Below are positions 18,117 to 28,180 of a stretch of DNA of 64,000 bases, one piece after another (position 1 is the first letter of the stretch; every line of letters begins with the position of its first letter). A program made the translations under genes and the position numbers. The DNA is from Planctomycetota bacterium (GTDB lineage: Bacteria; Planctomycetota; PLA2; JAEUHO01): contig CBDCTJ010000007.1 in the NCBI GenBank assembly GCA_965222115.1, positions 2,176,001 through 2,240,000 of the forward strand, read 5' to 3'. The notes under the pieces were generated by a model, which searched no databases, had not been told where the DNA came from, and saw only the letters and a list, made by a program, of their open reading frames with translations.

Positions 18117-20378
18117 ATGAAGCTTCAGTCATGCCCTAAATGCCAAGCGCAATTCGATGTATCTGAATTTCCGCGCGGCCACCAGTTTGCTTGTGGGGCT
18201 TGCGGACACGTGATCACGGCACACGCAACGGCTAGGCCGCAAGCGGCAGGTACTGCTCGCTCACGTGCGCCAAAGGGCAGAGCGCCTGCAGGTAGAGCGC
18301 CTACAGGTCGCACGAGCGGAAGTGGGCGCGCACCACGCGGCGGCACGGCCCGTAGTTCGTCGCGTGGATCGGCATCCGGTCGTGTGCCCGGTTCAGGGTC
18401 GGCAAGACGTGCGCCGTCAGGCGGCTCGCCCGCGAGAGGCAACCGTGGACCACAGTTTCAGCCGCGTCAGCGGGGCGGCAGTACGAAAGCGGGCGCACCC
18501 GCGCGTCGCGCGGCAAGCGGCGCCACTGCCACACGCGCAACGTCGCGGCGACGAGGCAGAGGCGGCGACGATGACTACGCGTCAAGTCGAGGACGCGATC
18601 GAGGTCGTCGCGCATCGTCGGGACCGAATAAGGCGTTGTTGTTTGGCGGCTTGGCAGCGGTTGTCCTTGCAGGTGTGTTGCTAGCCGTACTCGGTGGCGA
18701 CAAGGGTGAGGGCCAGGGCGACACCAGTGGTACCAATCAAGCCGGCACTTCGCCCAATGGCGGCGGCACGGCTGTCGTAGCGGAAACTCCCAAAGAAACC
18801 ATCCGCGACGTCATGGCCGACTTTGGCACCGCGTCGATGGTCACCAAGAAGAAGTTCCAGGACGTGATCGCCCGCGTGAAAGCGGCTTCGGGCGACGAAC
18901 AAGGCCGCAAGAATGCCCTCAATAAGGTCTACAGTGAGTTCATTAAGGGCCCGGGATTCGATGACGATGAAGCCCGCGCGGCGCTTGGGTATATGAAGTT
19001 TGACTACGAAGTCAATATCGACATCGAAGACCACGACATGGACTACATCCGCGGCGCCCTGGCCGCATCCAAGCGCAAGTGGTTCCCGCCCGAAGACAAA
19101 GAGGCCTACCAGCAAGCCTTGGAAGCCAAGCGTAAGACGGAGTTGCACGAAGAGCGTTACGGCAACGAGCGCCTCTTTCGACTGGGCATCGATACCCGCA
19201 ACGACATTGCGACCAACTCCGAATTCAAGGAATATCACTTTGCAAGCGAGTGGAAGGCGCCGTTTATGGTGTGCTACGCCTCCAAAGAGCGCGTTTCGGA
19301 ATACGACCTCCTGTCCATTGAAGATCCGGCCGAACGCAAAGCCAAAGCCGAGGAGCTTCGTCGCAAGCGCAAGGCGTGGGAGCCCTTCCTGAAGGAGAAG
19401 GCGACCATTCTTAAAGACCTGTATGACGAGTGGTTGAATCGCTTTAAGGAACCACTGCGTCTCAAGGACCTAGCCAGCGCCTATGGCGGACGCGACGATC
19501 TAAAGCCCGGCAAGCGCTCCTACACCGATGGATGCCCGCTTGTCGTCTGGATCTTTTCGGACAAGGCCGCCTTTGATGATTATCACAAGAAGGAAGGGGT
19601 GGATTTGCCACCCGGCGTTGCTGGCTACTTCTCGCCCAAGACGGGCTGGGTGTATCTCTTCGACGAAGAGGACAGTAAGGAGGCCCGTCGCTTCGAGGTC
19701 AACAAGAACGTGCACGAAGGCGTACACCAACTTGAGTATTGGTTCACGCGACAACGTTTGGAGTGGGGCTATCCGCCACACGGCCAAGACTTCTTTGGTG
19801 AAGGCATCGCCGAGTGGCTGGGCGCCGTCAAGATGGGCGCGGATCGAAAGCTGGAATACATCGACGTCAATCTGACGCGGCTTTCGAGCATGAAACAGAC
19901 GCAACGGATCTTCAAGGAACAATATAAGAAGGACTACCCCATCTTTCCGCTTGAGAACTTGAGTTCCTTCGGGTCCTACGCCCAGGCACAGAACTGGGGC
20001 GCCGCCAAGTGGGGTGTGTCGCAACAATTTGTGATGGGCATCTTTTATGAGCAATCGTGGGCCGCGGTGTACTTCCTCACGGAATATGAAAATGGCAAGT
20101 ACCGCAAGCGCTTCGATAAGATGTTTGATTTGATCCTGCATGGCTTTGGTGGGCGCAAGACGGGCCAAGCATTCCGCGAGGCATTTGGGATCGAAGACGA
20201 AGAAGATTGGGAAGAAATCGAAGAGGAGTGGACGGACTACATCAACGACGTACTGTTGAAAATGCCGACCGCCCCCTACAAGTACGACCCACCCGATCGC
20301 CGCGATACCGGTTGGTATAAGAACAAAAACTCAAACAAGAACAGCGCCGGCGGCACGACGGTGAAGAAGGACAATTAG
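18117..20378 (+). CDS. Zn-ribbon + RG/SA-rich linker + TM + periplasmic DUF1570-like HExxH domain protein
   Basis: CPKC..CGAC; ~135-aa low-complexity linker; TM LLFGGLAAVVLAGVLLAVLG; VAGYF, HEGVHQL, FGEGIAEW, YEQSWA. Confidence 0.8.
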   Translation: MKLQSCPKCQAQFDVSEFPRGHQFACGACGHVITAHATARPQAAGTARSRAPKGRAPAGRAPTGRTSGSGRAPRGGTARSSSRGSASGRVPGSGSARRAPSGGSPARGNRGPQFQPRQRGGSTKAGAPARRAASGATATRATSRRRGRGGDDDYASSRGRDRGRRASSGPNKALLFGGLAAVVLAGVLLAVLGGDKGEGQGDTSGTNQAGTSPNGGGTAVVAETPKETIRDVMADFGTASMVTKKKFQDVIARVKAASGDEQGRKNALNKVYSEFIKGPGFDDDEARAALGYMKFDYEVNIDIEDHDMDYIRGALAASKRKWFPPEDKEAYQQALEAKRKTELHEERYGNERLFRLGIDTRNDIATNSEFKEYHFASEWKAPFMVCYASKERVSEYDLLSIEDPAERKAKAEELRRKRKAWEPFLKEKATILKDLYDEWLNRFKEPLRLKDLASAYGGRDDLKPGKRSYTDGCPLVVWIFSDKAAFDDYHKKEGVDLPPGVAGYFSPKTGWVYLFDEEDSKEARRFEVNKNVHEGVHQLEYWFTRQRLEWGYPPHGQDFFGEGIAEWLGAVKMGADRKLEYIDVNLTRLSSMKQTQRIFKEQYKKDYPIFPLENLSSFGSYAQAQNWGAAKWGVSQQFVMGIFYEQSWAAVYFLTEYENGKYRKRFDKMFDLILHGFGGRKTGQAFREAFGIEDEEDWEEIEEEWTDYINDVLLKMPTAPYKYDPPDRRDTGWYKNKNSNKNSAGGTTVKKDN

Positions 20379-20543
20379 CGCCACGCCGTTGCGTTTGCAC
20401 CCTGACCTAGGAGCGCGTCTCCGAGAGGGTTGTGGTTGAACCGCTCAGGACGAACGTCGTTTCGTCATAGTGGGCGTTGGGTCCGCGGCCTTGTGGGCGC
20501 GTGCGGACAACGGGTCCCTTGCTCGCGGTAGAACGGTCCTTCC

Positions 20544-22940
20544 ATGATGAACTCCGTACCGTCTTCTGATTCAGGTACGCCCAGCTCGAAACCACGCAGC
20601 CAAGGGTCCTCTGGCGACTATCCGGCGCGATCCACCGGCACCGACACCACCAATGGATGGGGTGTCTCGCGGTGGTGGGTCGTGGCATTGATCCTCGGCT
20701 TGGTTGTGGCCGCGGCGCACGGTCGCGCGGTTCGTGATGCGTGGTTGCTTGATGACGTTCGACTCGTCCGCGGCGCCCCGTCCATCGTTGCGGGTGCATC
20801 AGGTATCACTGACTTGATGGCACGGCCTACGCCCGCCGGCGTATTCGAACCCGCGACCTACCGACCGCTTGCCATGACGAGCCTAGCGCTTAACCGTGCA
20901 GTCAACCGCGATGTGCCGGTAGACAGCAAAGGCACTTGGATCTACGTGATCAATCTTGTGCTTTACACGCTCTGTGGCCTTGTGCTTGCCCTCTTGCTCT
21001 ATCGCGTGCTCAGATTCAGGCAGCCGGTATACGAACACGCGGGACGCCATGTTGCGATAGCCGTCGTGAGTGCGATTGTGTTCCTTGCTCATCCACTGAT
21101 TGCTGAACCCTTGAGTCGCGCTGTGGGTCGCGCGGATGTTCTTGCAGCGCTATTCGTCCTGCTCTCACTGTTCTTGTGGCAGCGCGTCCGCAGTGGTGAA
21201 ATCGCGTGGCTCCCCGTACTGGCGCTTTCCTGGTTTGCGGCACTCCTTAGTCACGAAGCCGTGTTGCTGCTTCCGGTCGCGGTACTGCTCTTGGATCCGT
21301 GGTTGGCACCGCGGGCCGCGAAAGGGCCCTGGCTAGAAGCCATGGTGTATTTGCTTCCCACGATTCTGTATTTCCTCATGGGCGGCATGGTTCCGCGCAC
21401 ATTACCTGGAATTGCAGAGGCACCTTGGATCGATCACCTGCTCGTTGGCGTTGACGGCTGGTGGACCAATGTGCTGTCGTGGTGGGTTCCATCCCGTGTT
21501 CCGGTGGATGCCAGCCATGCCTTGCCCATCGCCAGCCACCCCGTGTACTCGTATGGGGCCATTGCTTGCGGCGCAGCCATCGCACTTATCGCGCTGCTAG
21601 GGTTGACATTGTCAAGATCGTCTAAGGTGGCGGCGCGCATTCGATTCGCGCTCGGTGTCGCGGTGTGGGGCGTTGCGGTGGCGTGTTGCATGCCTACGGG
21701 CGCCGCGCACGGTCCTCGATTCGCCATGCTCGGCCTCTTACCGCTTGCCGCAGTTGTTGCGGGTCTCCTCGCAGCCTGCGCGGGCTCGGCGCGGCGCCCT
21801 TGGGTAGTTGTCGTCCCAGTTGCTCTTGTCGTGGCTTCGCTCGTTTGGTTGTCACGCAATCAGCATGCAGCCTTTGCAAACGATGCGAGCACGATGACCT
21901 ACGTACTCGAAGAGGATCCGCTTGAGACGGGTGCGATCGCACGTTTGGTCCGCCATCACCGACTGGCCGCCAACGAGACGCGCAACGCCATGAGCGAATT
22001 GTCCATCGTTGCCCGTCCTTCCCGGGACACGCGGAAAAATCCATTGATGCCGTTTGAGGAAGGCTATGCCCGGCAACAGCTTGAAACCGAGTTGCGTCAC
22101 CACGTTACGCAGGCACGTGCGTGGGCGAAACATCTGGAACGCGTTCCAGAGGCCAACGAGTTGCCCGACATGGTTCGTGAACGCGGTCTGCTCATGCTCG
22201 AACGCTCTCGAACTGCAGAAGCGTTGCAACTGCTCAAGCGCGCCGCAACACTCGATCCGTTACTAAAGCAAAGTAAGGGGCGTATCCAAGCCGCGGTAGG
22301 CACACCGCGCGCAAGGCTGACGGCGGAAATGCTGCGCGGTATCGGGCGTTGCCACGTGGCGTTGGGGCAGGGCAAAGACGCGATCGAGCCCTATTCGTTT
22401 GCCGTCGAATTGGATCCCACCTCGGTTCGCGGCTTGTTGGAAGCCGGAGCCGCGCTCGTCAAGCACGGCGCTGTACAGAAAGGGCTGGACGCATTTGAGC
22501 AGGCCCGCCGCAGCGCCAAGACCCCAGCGGAACGTGGTCGCATCCAAGAACGCATTCGCCTCCAACGCACGTCTGCACGCGTGGCCGCGCGTGTTGAGTT
22601 GAACCTAGGAACACGTGCCGTCGACAAAGGGGACCAGAAGGACGCGCTGCTCCACTTCAAACGCGCGATTGAAATCGATCCAACCTATCCCAAGGCACTA
22701 CTCGAGGCCGGTTGGATTACTGGACATTGGTTTGGCAAGTACCAAGAGGCGCATGCCCTTCTCGATCGAGCCGAGTCATTGCTCGTCAAGGACGGTTCTC
22801 CTACCGCCATGAAGCAACTCGACAGCGTTCGCGAACGTCGTGCCCTCTTGATTGACCAAAAGCGCGAGGAAGATGCCGAGGAGCGGCGCGAAATCGAACG
22901 CGAGTCTCGCAATGCGTCGGATTCGGACAAAAACAAGTAA
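20544..22940 (+). CDS. TMTC-like GT-C membrane protein with C-terminal TPRs
   Basis: LLDD after TM1, YRPL, HPL.AE....VGRADVL, LLSHEA; ~10 TMs followed by TPR repeats. Confidence 0.78.
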   Translation: MMNSVPSSDSGTPSSKPRSQGSSGDYPARSTGTDTTNGWGVSRWWVVALILGLVVAAAHGRAVRDAWLLDDVRLVRGAPSIVAGASGITDLMARPTPAGVFEPATYRPLAMTSLALNRAVNRDVPVDSKGTWIYVINLVLYTLCGLVLALLLYRVLRFRQPVYEHAGRHVAIAVVSAIVFLAHPLIAEPLSRAVGRADVLAALFVLLSLFLWQRVRSGEIAWLPVLALSWFAALLSHEAVLLLPVAVLLLDPWLAPRAAKGPWLEAMVYLLPTILYFLMGGMVPRTLPGIAEAPWIDHLLVGVDGWWTNVLSWWVPSRVPVDASHALPIASHPVYSYGAIACGAAIALIALLGLTLSRSSKVAARIRFALGVAVWGVAVACCMPTGAAHGPRFAMLGLLPLAAVVAGLLAACAGSARRPWVVVVPVALVVASLVWLSRNQHAAFANDASTMTYVLEEDPLETGAIARLVRHHRLAANETRNAMSELSIVARPSRDTRKNPLMPFEEGYARQQLETELRHHVTQARAWAKHLERVPEANELPDMVRERGLLMLERSRTAEALQLLKRAATLDPLLKQSKGRIQAAVGTPRARLTAEMLRGIGRCHVALGQGKDAIEPYSFAVELDPTSVRGLLEAGAALVKHGAVQKGLDAFEQARRSAKTPAERGRIQERIRLQRTSARVAARVELNLGTRAVDKGDQKDALLHFKRAIEIDPTYPKALLEAGWITGHWFGKYQEAHALLDRAESLLVKDGSPTAMKQLDSVRERRALLIDQKREEDAEERREIERESRNASDSDKNK

Positions 22941-22950
22941 CGCTTCGTTG

Positions 22951-23376
22951 CTAGTTGGAATCTTCGTCGTCTTCGACGATCTCGTCCGGACGCAACGAAG
23001 GCGGCAACGCATCGGCCATGGCGCGAATTGAGTCCTCGTCCCCAATGGCGTTGTAGCACTGTCGGGCATCGATGATGCGCCCACGCTCGATCGCGCGTTT
23101 GGCGCACGAACGAAATTGTTCGTCAGAAACCGGCACGCCGATGCGTTTCACACTGAGCAAATGAAAACTGTCGCCTTCTCGAAGTGCCCAGTCGATCTCG
23201 GCGGGTGCGTCGAGCGCGTCCAGGTGCCGTTCGAACAGCAACAGGGCCTCGGAGTGTCGTCCCGCAGCGCGCAATGCGTCGGCCACGGCCTGTCGCCTTT
23301 TGGGATCGTCTTGTTCGCCGTACTTGAGCTCTCGCATCTGAAGTGCATGCGGTATTGAGGCGTTTCGACGTGCCAT
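22951..23376 (-). CDS. Hypothetical helical protein (141 aa)
   Basis: Coherent helical ORF filling the gap between the converging and diverging neighbours; TPR-like end. Confidence 0.6.
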   Translation of the reverse strand: MARRNASIPHALQMRELKYGEQDDPKRRQAVADALRAAGRHSEALLLFERHLDALDAPAEIDWALREGDSFHLLSVKRIGVPVSDEQFRSCAKRAIERGRIIDARQCYNAIGDEDSIRAMADALPPSLRPDEIVEDDEDSN

Positions 23377-23621
23377 GATGAGTGAACCCTCGAGGTCGAG
23401 CCGCACGGGCCGACTCACATGAGGGTGCCAGCCAATTCCTGGTCCGGGGGAAGATTTCCGTCTCGATACCTGTCCAGGTTAGCGGCCCGGTGCGTCAGAA
23501 GTGAACCAATGGGCCCCTTTGACACATCGCCCTACGGACGTAAACTGGTGCCAGATAACGATCTAGGGCGTTCGACGGTCTCGGCTTGGACGAGTGACGG
23601 GCAGTCGAACCCGGAGTCGCC

Positions 23622-24194
23622 ATGGTTCCTCCTCTTCCCCCCGATTCCTCCAGCCGCGGCCCTTCCAATCAAGAAGAATCTCATCAAGAAGAAGGTCCGC
23701 ACGGGCAGGGGGGCTCTAGCGACCGCGGTCACCCCCCACCAGCGGACACGGCGAGCCCGTCCGATGGCAAACCAAGCACGTCGCCCGCTTCGCGTTCGTC
23801 GCGAACGATTACGAAGAAGGAACTCGTGGCACGCATTGCTGACCGCACGGGTCAAACCAAAGTGGTGGCCAAGGACGTGATCCAGCTCTTTCTCGACGAG
23901 ATTGTGCGCGAACTCTCGATGGGCAACCGTCTTGAGTTTCGCGAGTTTGGTGTGTTTGAGGTCAAGGAGCGCGCCCCGCGGCTGGCGCAAAATCCTGTGA
24001 CGCTAGAGAAGGTGCAGGTTCCGGCAAAGAAAGTCGTCAAATTCAAAGTCGGGCGGCTCATGCGCCTGCGTGTTGCGGAGGGCGCGCCTGCGGCGAAGGA
24101 AGTTTCGGTCGATCGTGACTCGAATGGCAGTGACGCGCCGAATGCATCCTCCGATTCCCCCTCCAATGCGATGCCCGGAAATTCAAAGGAGTAG
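23622..24194 (+). CDS. HU/IHF family DNA-binding protein with disordered N- and C-terminal extensions
   Basis: ITKKELV.RIA, LEFREFGVFEV.ER.PR.AQNP.T.E.V.VPA..VVKFKVG; GGAG RBS. Confidence 0.9.
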   Translation: MVPPLPPDSSSRGPSNQEESHQEEGPHGQGGSSDRGHPPPADTASPSDGKPSTSPASRSSRTITKKELVARIADRTGQTKVVAKDVIQLFLDEIVRELSMGNRLEFREFGVFEVKERAPRLAQNPVTLEKVQVPAKKVVKFKVGRLMRLRVAEGAPAAKEVSVDRDSNGSDAPNASSDSPSNAMPGNSKE

Positions 24195-24389
24195 CACCCC
24201 GTTCAAACGATCCGAGTCCTCGCTTCGTGCCCCGCGTGGCGTCGCGATGTTCGATTTCGTTTCCGTTTCGAATAGAGCACGGCGACCTGCGGCGCTCGTA
24301 CACGTTGGTAGGTGTGGAGCATCGCCGAGGCCGCGTATGGATACGCCGCGTAGCCTGAGCAATTTCGCCCGAGTCGTAGAAAGGTCGTT

Positions 24390-25595
24390 ATGGAAATCCG
24401 TTTCTGCACCATTTGCAATGAGTCGATTCCCGACACCGATTTTGAGGCAAGCCGCGCCTTCGTAGCTGGCGGCAAGAGTCAGCATGTTGCGTGCGCCATG
24501 ACGCAAGCCACTGAGCGAAAGGGGACGCGTTCGTGGTTACCATTGTTGTTAGGACTCTATGCCGCAGGTGTCGCCACCTATTTGTTGGTGGGGCACCTCC
24601 AGGCCAAGAACGCGCCCAAGGAGGATGTGCCAAAGGTTAGCGAGGCCGTGGAATCTCGTATTCAGACCGTGACCAAGCAATACGTGGATGCATCCGAACG
24701 ACGGAGCATGGAGCTTGGAAAGGAGCGCCTCGGTGCCTTGGAAACCTCTTTAACTGAGGATTTCGAGGCGCGCCTGTCGGGCGAGTGGAAAGACCGCCTT
24801 GGTAAAGAATTCAAGGCGGGCGAAAAGCGCGTGCAAGACCTACAAATCGCAGTGGACAAGCGAACGGGTGCGTTAGAAACGCGTTCGACCGCGCTAGAAA
24901 CCGAAATGGCGCGACTGGACGGCTGGATTCGTCAACTTCAAGAGCAGGCTCGGCAACTGGCAATGGCCGGCGCGAGCAGAAAGTCGGATGACGACGGCAA
25001 GGGAGATGACCCGCAGCCGACACCGGAGAACGGCGGTTCGGATTCGCCCAAACTTACGCCCGCGCAGGCGGCGGCCGAGGCCAATGCGCTTCGCAAGGCC
25101 GTGTCGCTTCATATCGATCTGCTCGAGGACACCGATGAGGACCTTGCCTATACGGGCACAACGGAACTCGCCCGGATTCCGGTATTGCGTGGTGGGGGGC
25201 AGGATTACCTCGATCTCTTGAAAGAGTGGAAGCTTAATCTATCTGCACCACCCAATGCCACGCTCGTGGCTCAGTTGGAGCGCGAGGCCGGTGCGGCGCT
25301 GCTCAAGACGCTGAAGGCGACAAAGAAGGGTAAGTGGCTTCGGTTGGGATCGGCTGTGGCGTTGGGTGAACTGCGCCATGCCGATGCGGTACCTACACTC
25401 ATCGATGTCTTGCAGGACAAAAAGGAATCGCTACGCGCAGCGTCCGGCGAAGCCTTGCACAAGATTACCGGCCAGAGTTTCGATTTCGACGCCGCCATGC
25501 AAAAGCAAGAGCGTCGCAATGTTCAACGCAAGTACGAAGCGTGGTGGAAAGCCAATGAAGAGAGCGTTCGTACCCGGTTGCAACAGCCCAAGTAG
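24390..25595 (+). CDS. Zn-finger (CxxC...HxxC) + TM + coiled-coil + HEAT-repeat protein
   Basis: FCTICNESIP..HVAC; TM WLPLLLGLYAAGVATYLLV; heptad-rich segment; ALGELR..DAVPTLIDVLQD; ALHKITGQSF. Confidence 0.75.
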   Translation: MEIRFCTICNESIPDTDFEASRAFVAGGKSQHVACAMTQATERKGTRSWLPLLLGLYAAGVATYLLVGHLQAKNAPKEDVPKVSEAVESRIQTVTKQYVDASERRSMELGKERLGALETSLTEDFEARLSGEWKDRLGKEFKAGEKRVQDLQIAVDKRTGALETRSTALETEMARLDGWIRQLQEQARQLAMAGASRKSDDDGKGDDPQPTPENGGSDSPKLTPAQAAAEANALRKAVSLHIDLLEDTDEDLAYTGTTELARIPVLRGGGQDYLDLLKEWKLNLSAPPNATLVAQLEREAGAALLKTLKATKKGKWLRLGSAVALGELRHADAVPTLIDVLQDKKESLRAASGEALHKITGQSFDFDAAMQKQERRNVQRKYEAWWKANEESVRTRLQQPK

Positions 25596-25615
25596 GTTAG
25601 GTCAACCGACAAGCC

Positions 25616-25762
25616 ATGCATGATGGTGCCCCTGAATCGCCGTCTCGCCGAGTCGCGACTTCCTGCTCGCGGCGGAAGGCACTCAAATTCTGGATTACGC
25701 TCGTGTTGGCCGCGATCGCATCACTGCTCGTCTTGCGGATGGTCACATCGGGACCGAGCTAG
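25616..25762 (+). CDS. Putative 48-aa single-pass membrane microprotein (below the ORF-track cutoff)
   Basis: MHDGAPESPSRRVATSCSRRKALKFWITLVLAAIASLLVLRMVTSGPS: basic patch then a ~17-aa hydrophobic run; starts 20 nt after the upstream stop. Confidence 0.45.
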   Translation: MHDGAPESPSRRVATSCSRRKALKFWITLVLAAIASLLVLRMVTSGPS

Positions 25763-25786
25763 CAGTTCATGAATAATCCGGGCTAG
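25759..25786. mobile_element. Possible IS/MITE footprint: 20 bp flanked by a CTAG direct repeat
   Basis: CTAG-CAGTTCATGAATAATCCGGG-CTAG; near copy on the opposite strand at 42248-42266. Confidence 0.35.
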
Positions 25787-25990
25787 GAACCACCACGTCA
25801 ATCGCTTTGCGTTTCACCCTGTGGGATCCACATGACCGCCGAAACACGTTCCTGCGAGCATGCCGCAGCCGCTCCATGGGGTCGTTGCCCTATGAATTTG
25901 GTAGTCTTAGCGCCCGCACTTTGAGGGGGATGGTTGATGGCCGGGCCGACCGGCCGCCTCATTCATCCTCACGATTTCGGAGCCGAGTAC

Positions 25991-28072
25991 ATGCGACGAG
26001 CCTCACCCTCATCCCTCCATTTGCCGCAAACATTGCAGACGCGAACGTTTCAGACAATGATCCACGTCGGTCTTGTCGCACTTCTTGGATCGGTGCTATT
26101 GTCCGGATCGCGCATCGAAGCGAAAGATGGGTCGTCGGCGACCGCGCTCAATTTTAGCGCCACGGGTTATGCGGTGCTCGACCCCTCGCACCTCAGCCTC
26201 TACAGAATAAATGATGAACGGCTCATGCACGGCATCCTCGAATGCTTGACCGTCATCGACCCCGAATCAGGCAAGGCCAAGCCAGCCGCAGCGGAATCGT
26301 GGACGCTGGCTGCCGATCGCCGCACATGGACATTCCATCTGCGTAAGAATGCTGTGTGGAGCGATGGCTCGCCCGTGACCACCGAAGATTTTTTGCGCTC
26401 GTGGACTCGTACGCTCTACAGCATGGAAAAGTCGCCGTGGCGATACTTGTTTCGCCCCATCAAAGGATGCAGCGCCATCCTGGATCAGGGCGCGAAGGCA
26501 AAGGCACTCAGTCGATTGCGTTCCAAGCTTAAAACGCTCAAGAATCAGTTCAGTGGCAAAGAGGCAATTCCCGGGGAACGAATCAATAGCGAAATCGATA
26601 ACTTGGGCGTTCGACCGCATCTACGAGGGTTCAAGTCCAAGGCCGTGCGCAAGCTCGCCAAGTTGGGCGAAGGTGACACCTACTCATTAGAGTCCATTGA
26701 TCCGGCACGCGATGCGCTCAAGAAGCTAAGTAAGACGCTGAAGCTCGCATCGCGTGAGGCTTATGCCGCGTTTGGGAAGACGCAAGGCGTGGTTGCCAAA
26801 GACAAGTACACCTTCGAGATCACTACCGAGTGGTATTGCCCGTCGCTACCCGATCTCTTGTCTCGCGCCGCGTTTGCGCCTCTCCATAAGGGGTATGCCG
26901 ATAAACGTTCCAAGTTCTTTCAACCCGAAAACTACGTGTGCAATGGTCCCTATACGCTTGCGGGTCGCGGTGCCGAAAAGAAGAATCCTGATAGCGACTT
27001 CGACATTTTGTCGGTCGTAGAACTCACGAAGAACCCCAAGTACAACGGGCCATGGTTGGCCAAGCTCGGGCGCGTGATGTGCCTCACCGACCAGAAATAC
27101 GAAGATGACCATGTTGAGTTTAGCAATGGCAAGCTCGACTGGGTGCCGTGTGACGCTCGCGAATATCCAAACGTTGGCGATAAGAAGAAGCCCGAAACGA
27201 ACGAGCGAAAGAGAATCGTGGGCACAAAGGGGTTTACGACGTACGAGACGCCAACCACGGTGTACTTGCAGTTTCGCTGCGATCGCGCGCCCTTTGACAA
27301 GAAGGACGCGCGCGAGGCGTTTGCGGCCGCAGTTGACCGCGCCGCCGTTGCGAAACAGTACTGGCCCGTCGCCACACCCGCCACGCGCATCGTTCCCCCC
27401 AACGTATTCGGCCGTCACGATGCCGTCGTGGGGCCGAGCGTAAATGCATCGCGCGCGAAGTCGGTGTTCTCTAAACTGGGCTTTACCGTCGATACTTGGT
27501 TCGAACTTAAGTACTACGAAGGCGCAGGCAACGCGGAGGCGATTAGCCACTGCATCCAGCATTGGAAGAACCTGTTTAAGGTCATCGATCCGGGAAGCAC
27601 CATCGTCTCGTATCCGGATATACAGAGCGCGCTTCGATCGGGTGACTACTACTGCATGCTTGTTACCAATCGCGGCACCGTGAACGACGCCTTCGCGTAC
27701 CTCGGTGGATTTCATTCAAAGAATGCCGACAGTGGGCTCGGCTGGTATGACGAGACCTTCGACGCCCTGATCGATGGTGCGCGCAACCCAGATACCATCG
27801 CGGCCGATGCCGAGGCCTATGTACAACGCATCGGTATGCCAGAGCTCAAGTCCTTGGTGTCTGCGGCCTCGGGCTCTGAAGAGGCGGCCAACGCCCTCCG
27901 AACACGCCTCTTGGGCGAAGCCGAGAAGCGGCTGATGAGCGAATATGTGATCGTTCCCTTGGTCTATCTCAAGGAGGCGGCGCTGGTCGGCAACATCAAG
28001 GGCGGCACAAGTCCCGCCGCCCGAAGCAATCCCGCCTTTCCCGGCGTCTATTTGCCAGCAGTAGCCAAGTAA
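25991..28072 (+). CDS. oppA: Peptide ABC transporter substrate-binding protein (SBP family 5), divergent
   Basis: PAAAESW...D.RTWTFHLR....WSDGSPVT.EDF..SW; NGPY; EAEKRLM....IVPL; start codon uncertain. Confidence 0.82.
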   Translation: MRRASPSSLHLPQTLQTRTFQTMIHVGLVALLGSVLLSGSRIEAKDGSSATALNFSATGYAVLDPSHLSLYRINDERLMHGILECLTVIDPESGKAKPAAAESWTLAADRRTWTFHLRKNAVWSDGSPVTTEDFLRSWTRTLYSMEKSPWRYLFRPIKGCSAILDQGAKAKALSRLRSKLKTLKNQFSGKEAIPGERINSEIDNLGVRPHLRGFKSKAVRKLAKLGEGDTYSLESIDPARDALKKLSKTLKLASREAYAAFGKTQGVVAKDKYTFEITTEWYCPSLPDLLSRAAFAPLHKGYADKRSKFFQPENYVCNGPYTLAGRGAEKKNPDSDFDILSVVELTKNPKYNGPWLAKLGRVMCLTDQKYEDDHVEFSNGKLDWVPCDAREYPNVGDKKKPETNERKRIVGTKGFTTYETPTTVYLQFRCDRAPFDKKDAREAFAAAVDRAAVAKQYWPVATPATRIVPPNVFGRHDAVVGPSVNASRAKSVFSKLGFTVDTWFELKYYEGAGNAEAISHCIQHWKNLFKVIDPGSTIVSYPDIQSALRSGDYYCMLVTNRGTVNDAFAYLGGFHSKNADSGLGWYDETFDALIDGARNPDTIAADAEAYVQRIGMPELKSLVSAASGSEEAANALRTRLLGEAEKRLMSEYVIVPLVYLKEAALVGNIKGGTSPAARSNPAFPGVYLPAVAK

Positions 28073-28180
28073 CGCGCCCATGTCTGTGGACCGTTTGGCC
28101 ACGCGTTCGAACCAACGTTCGACCATACGCACGACTTCGACGGGACGAACACTCTCGCTACGATAGGCCCGGGAGGCGGC

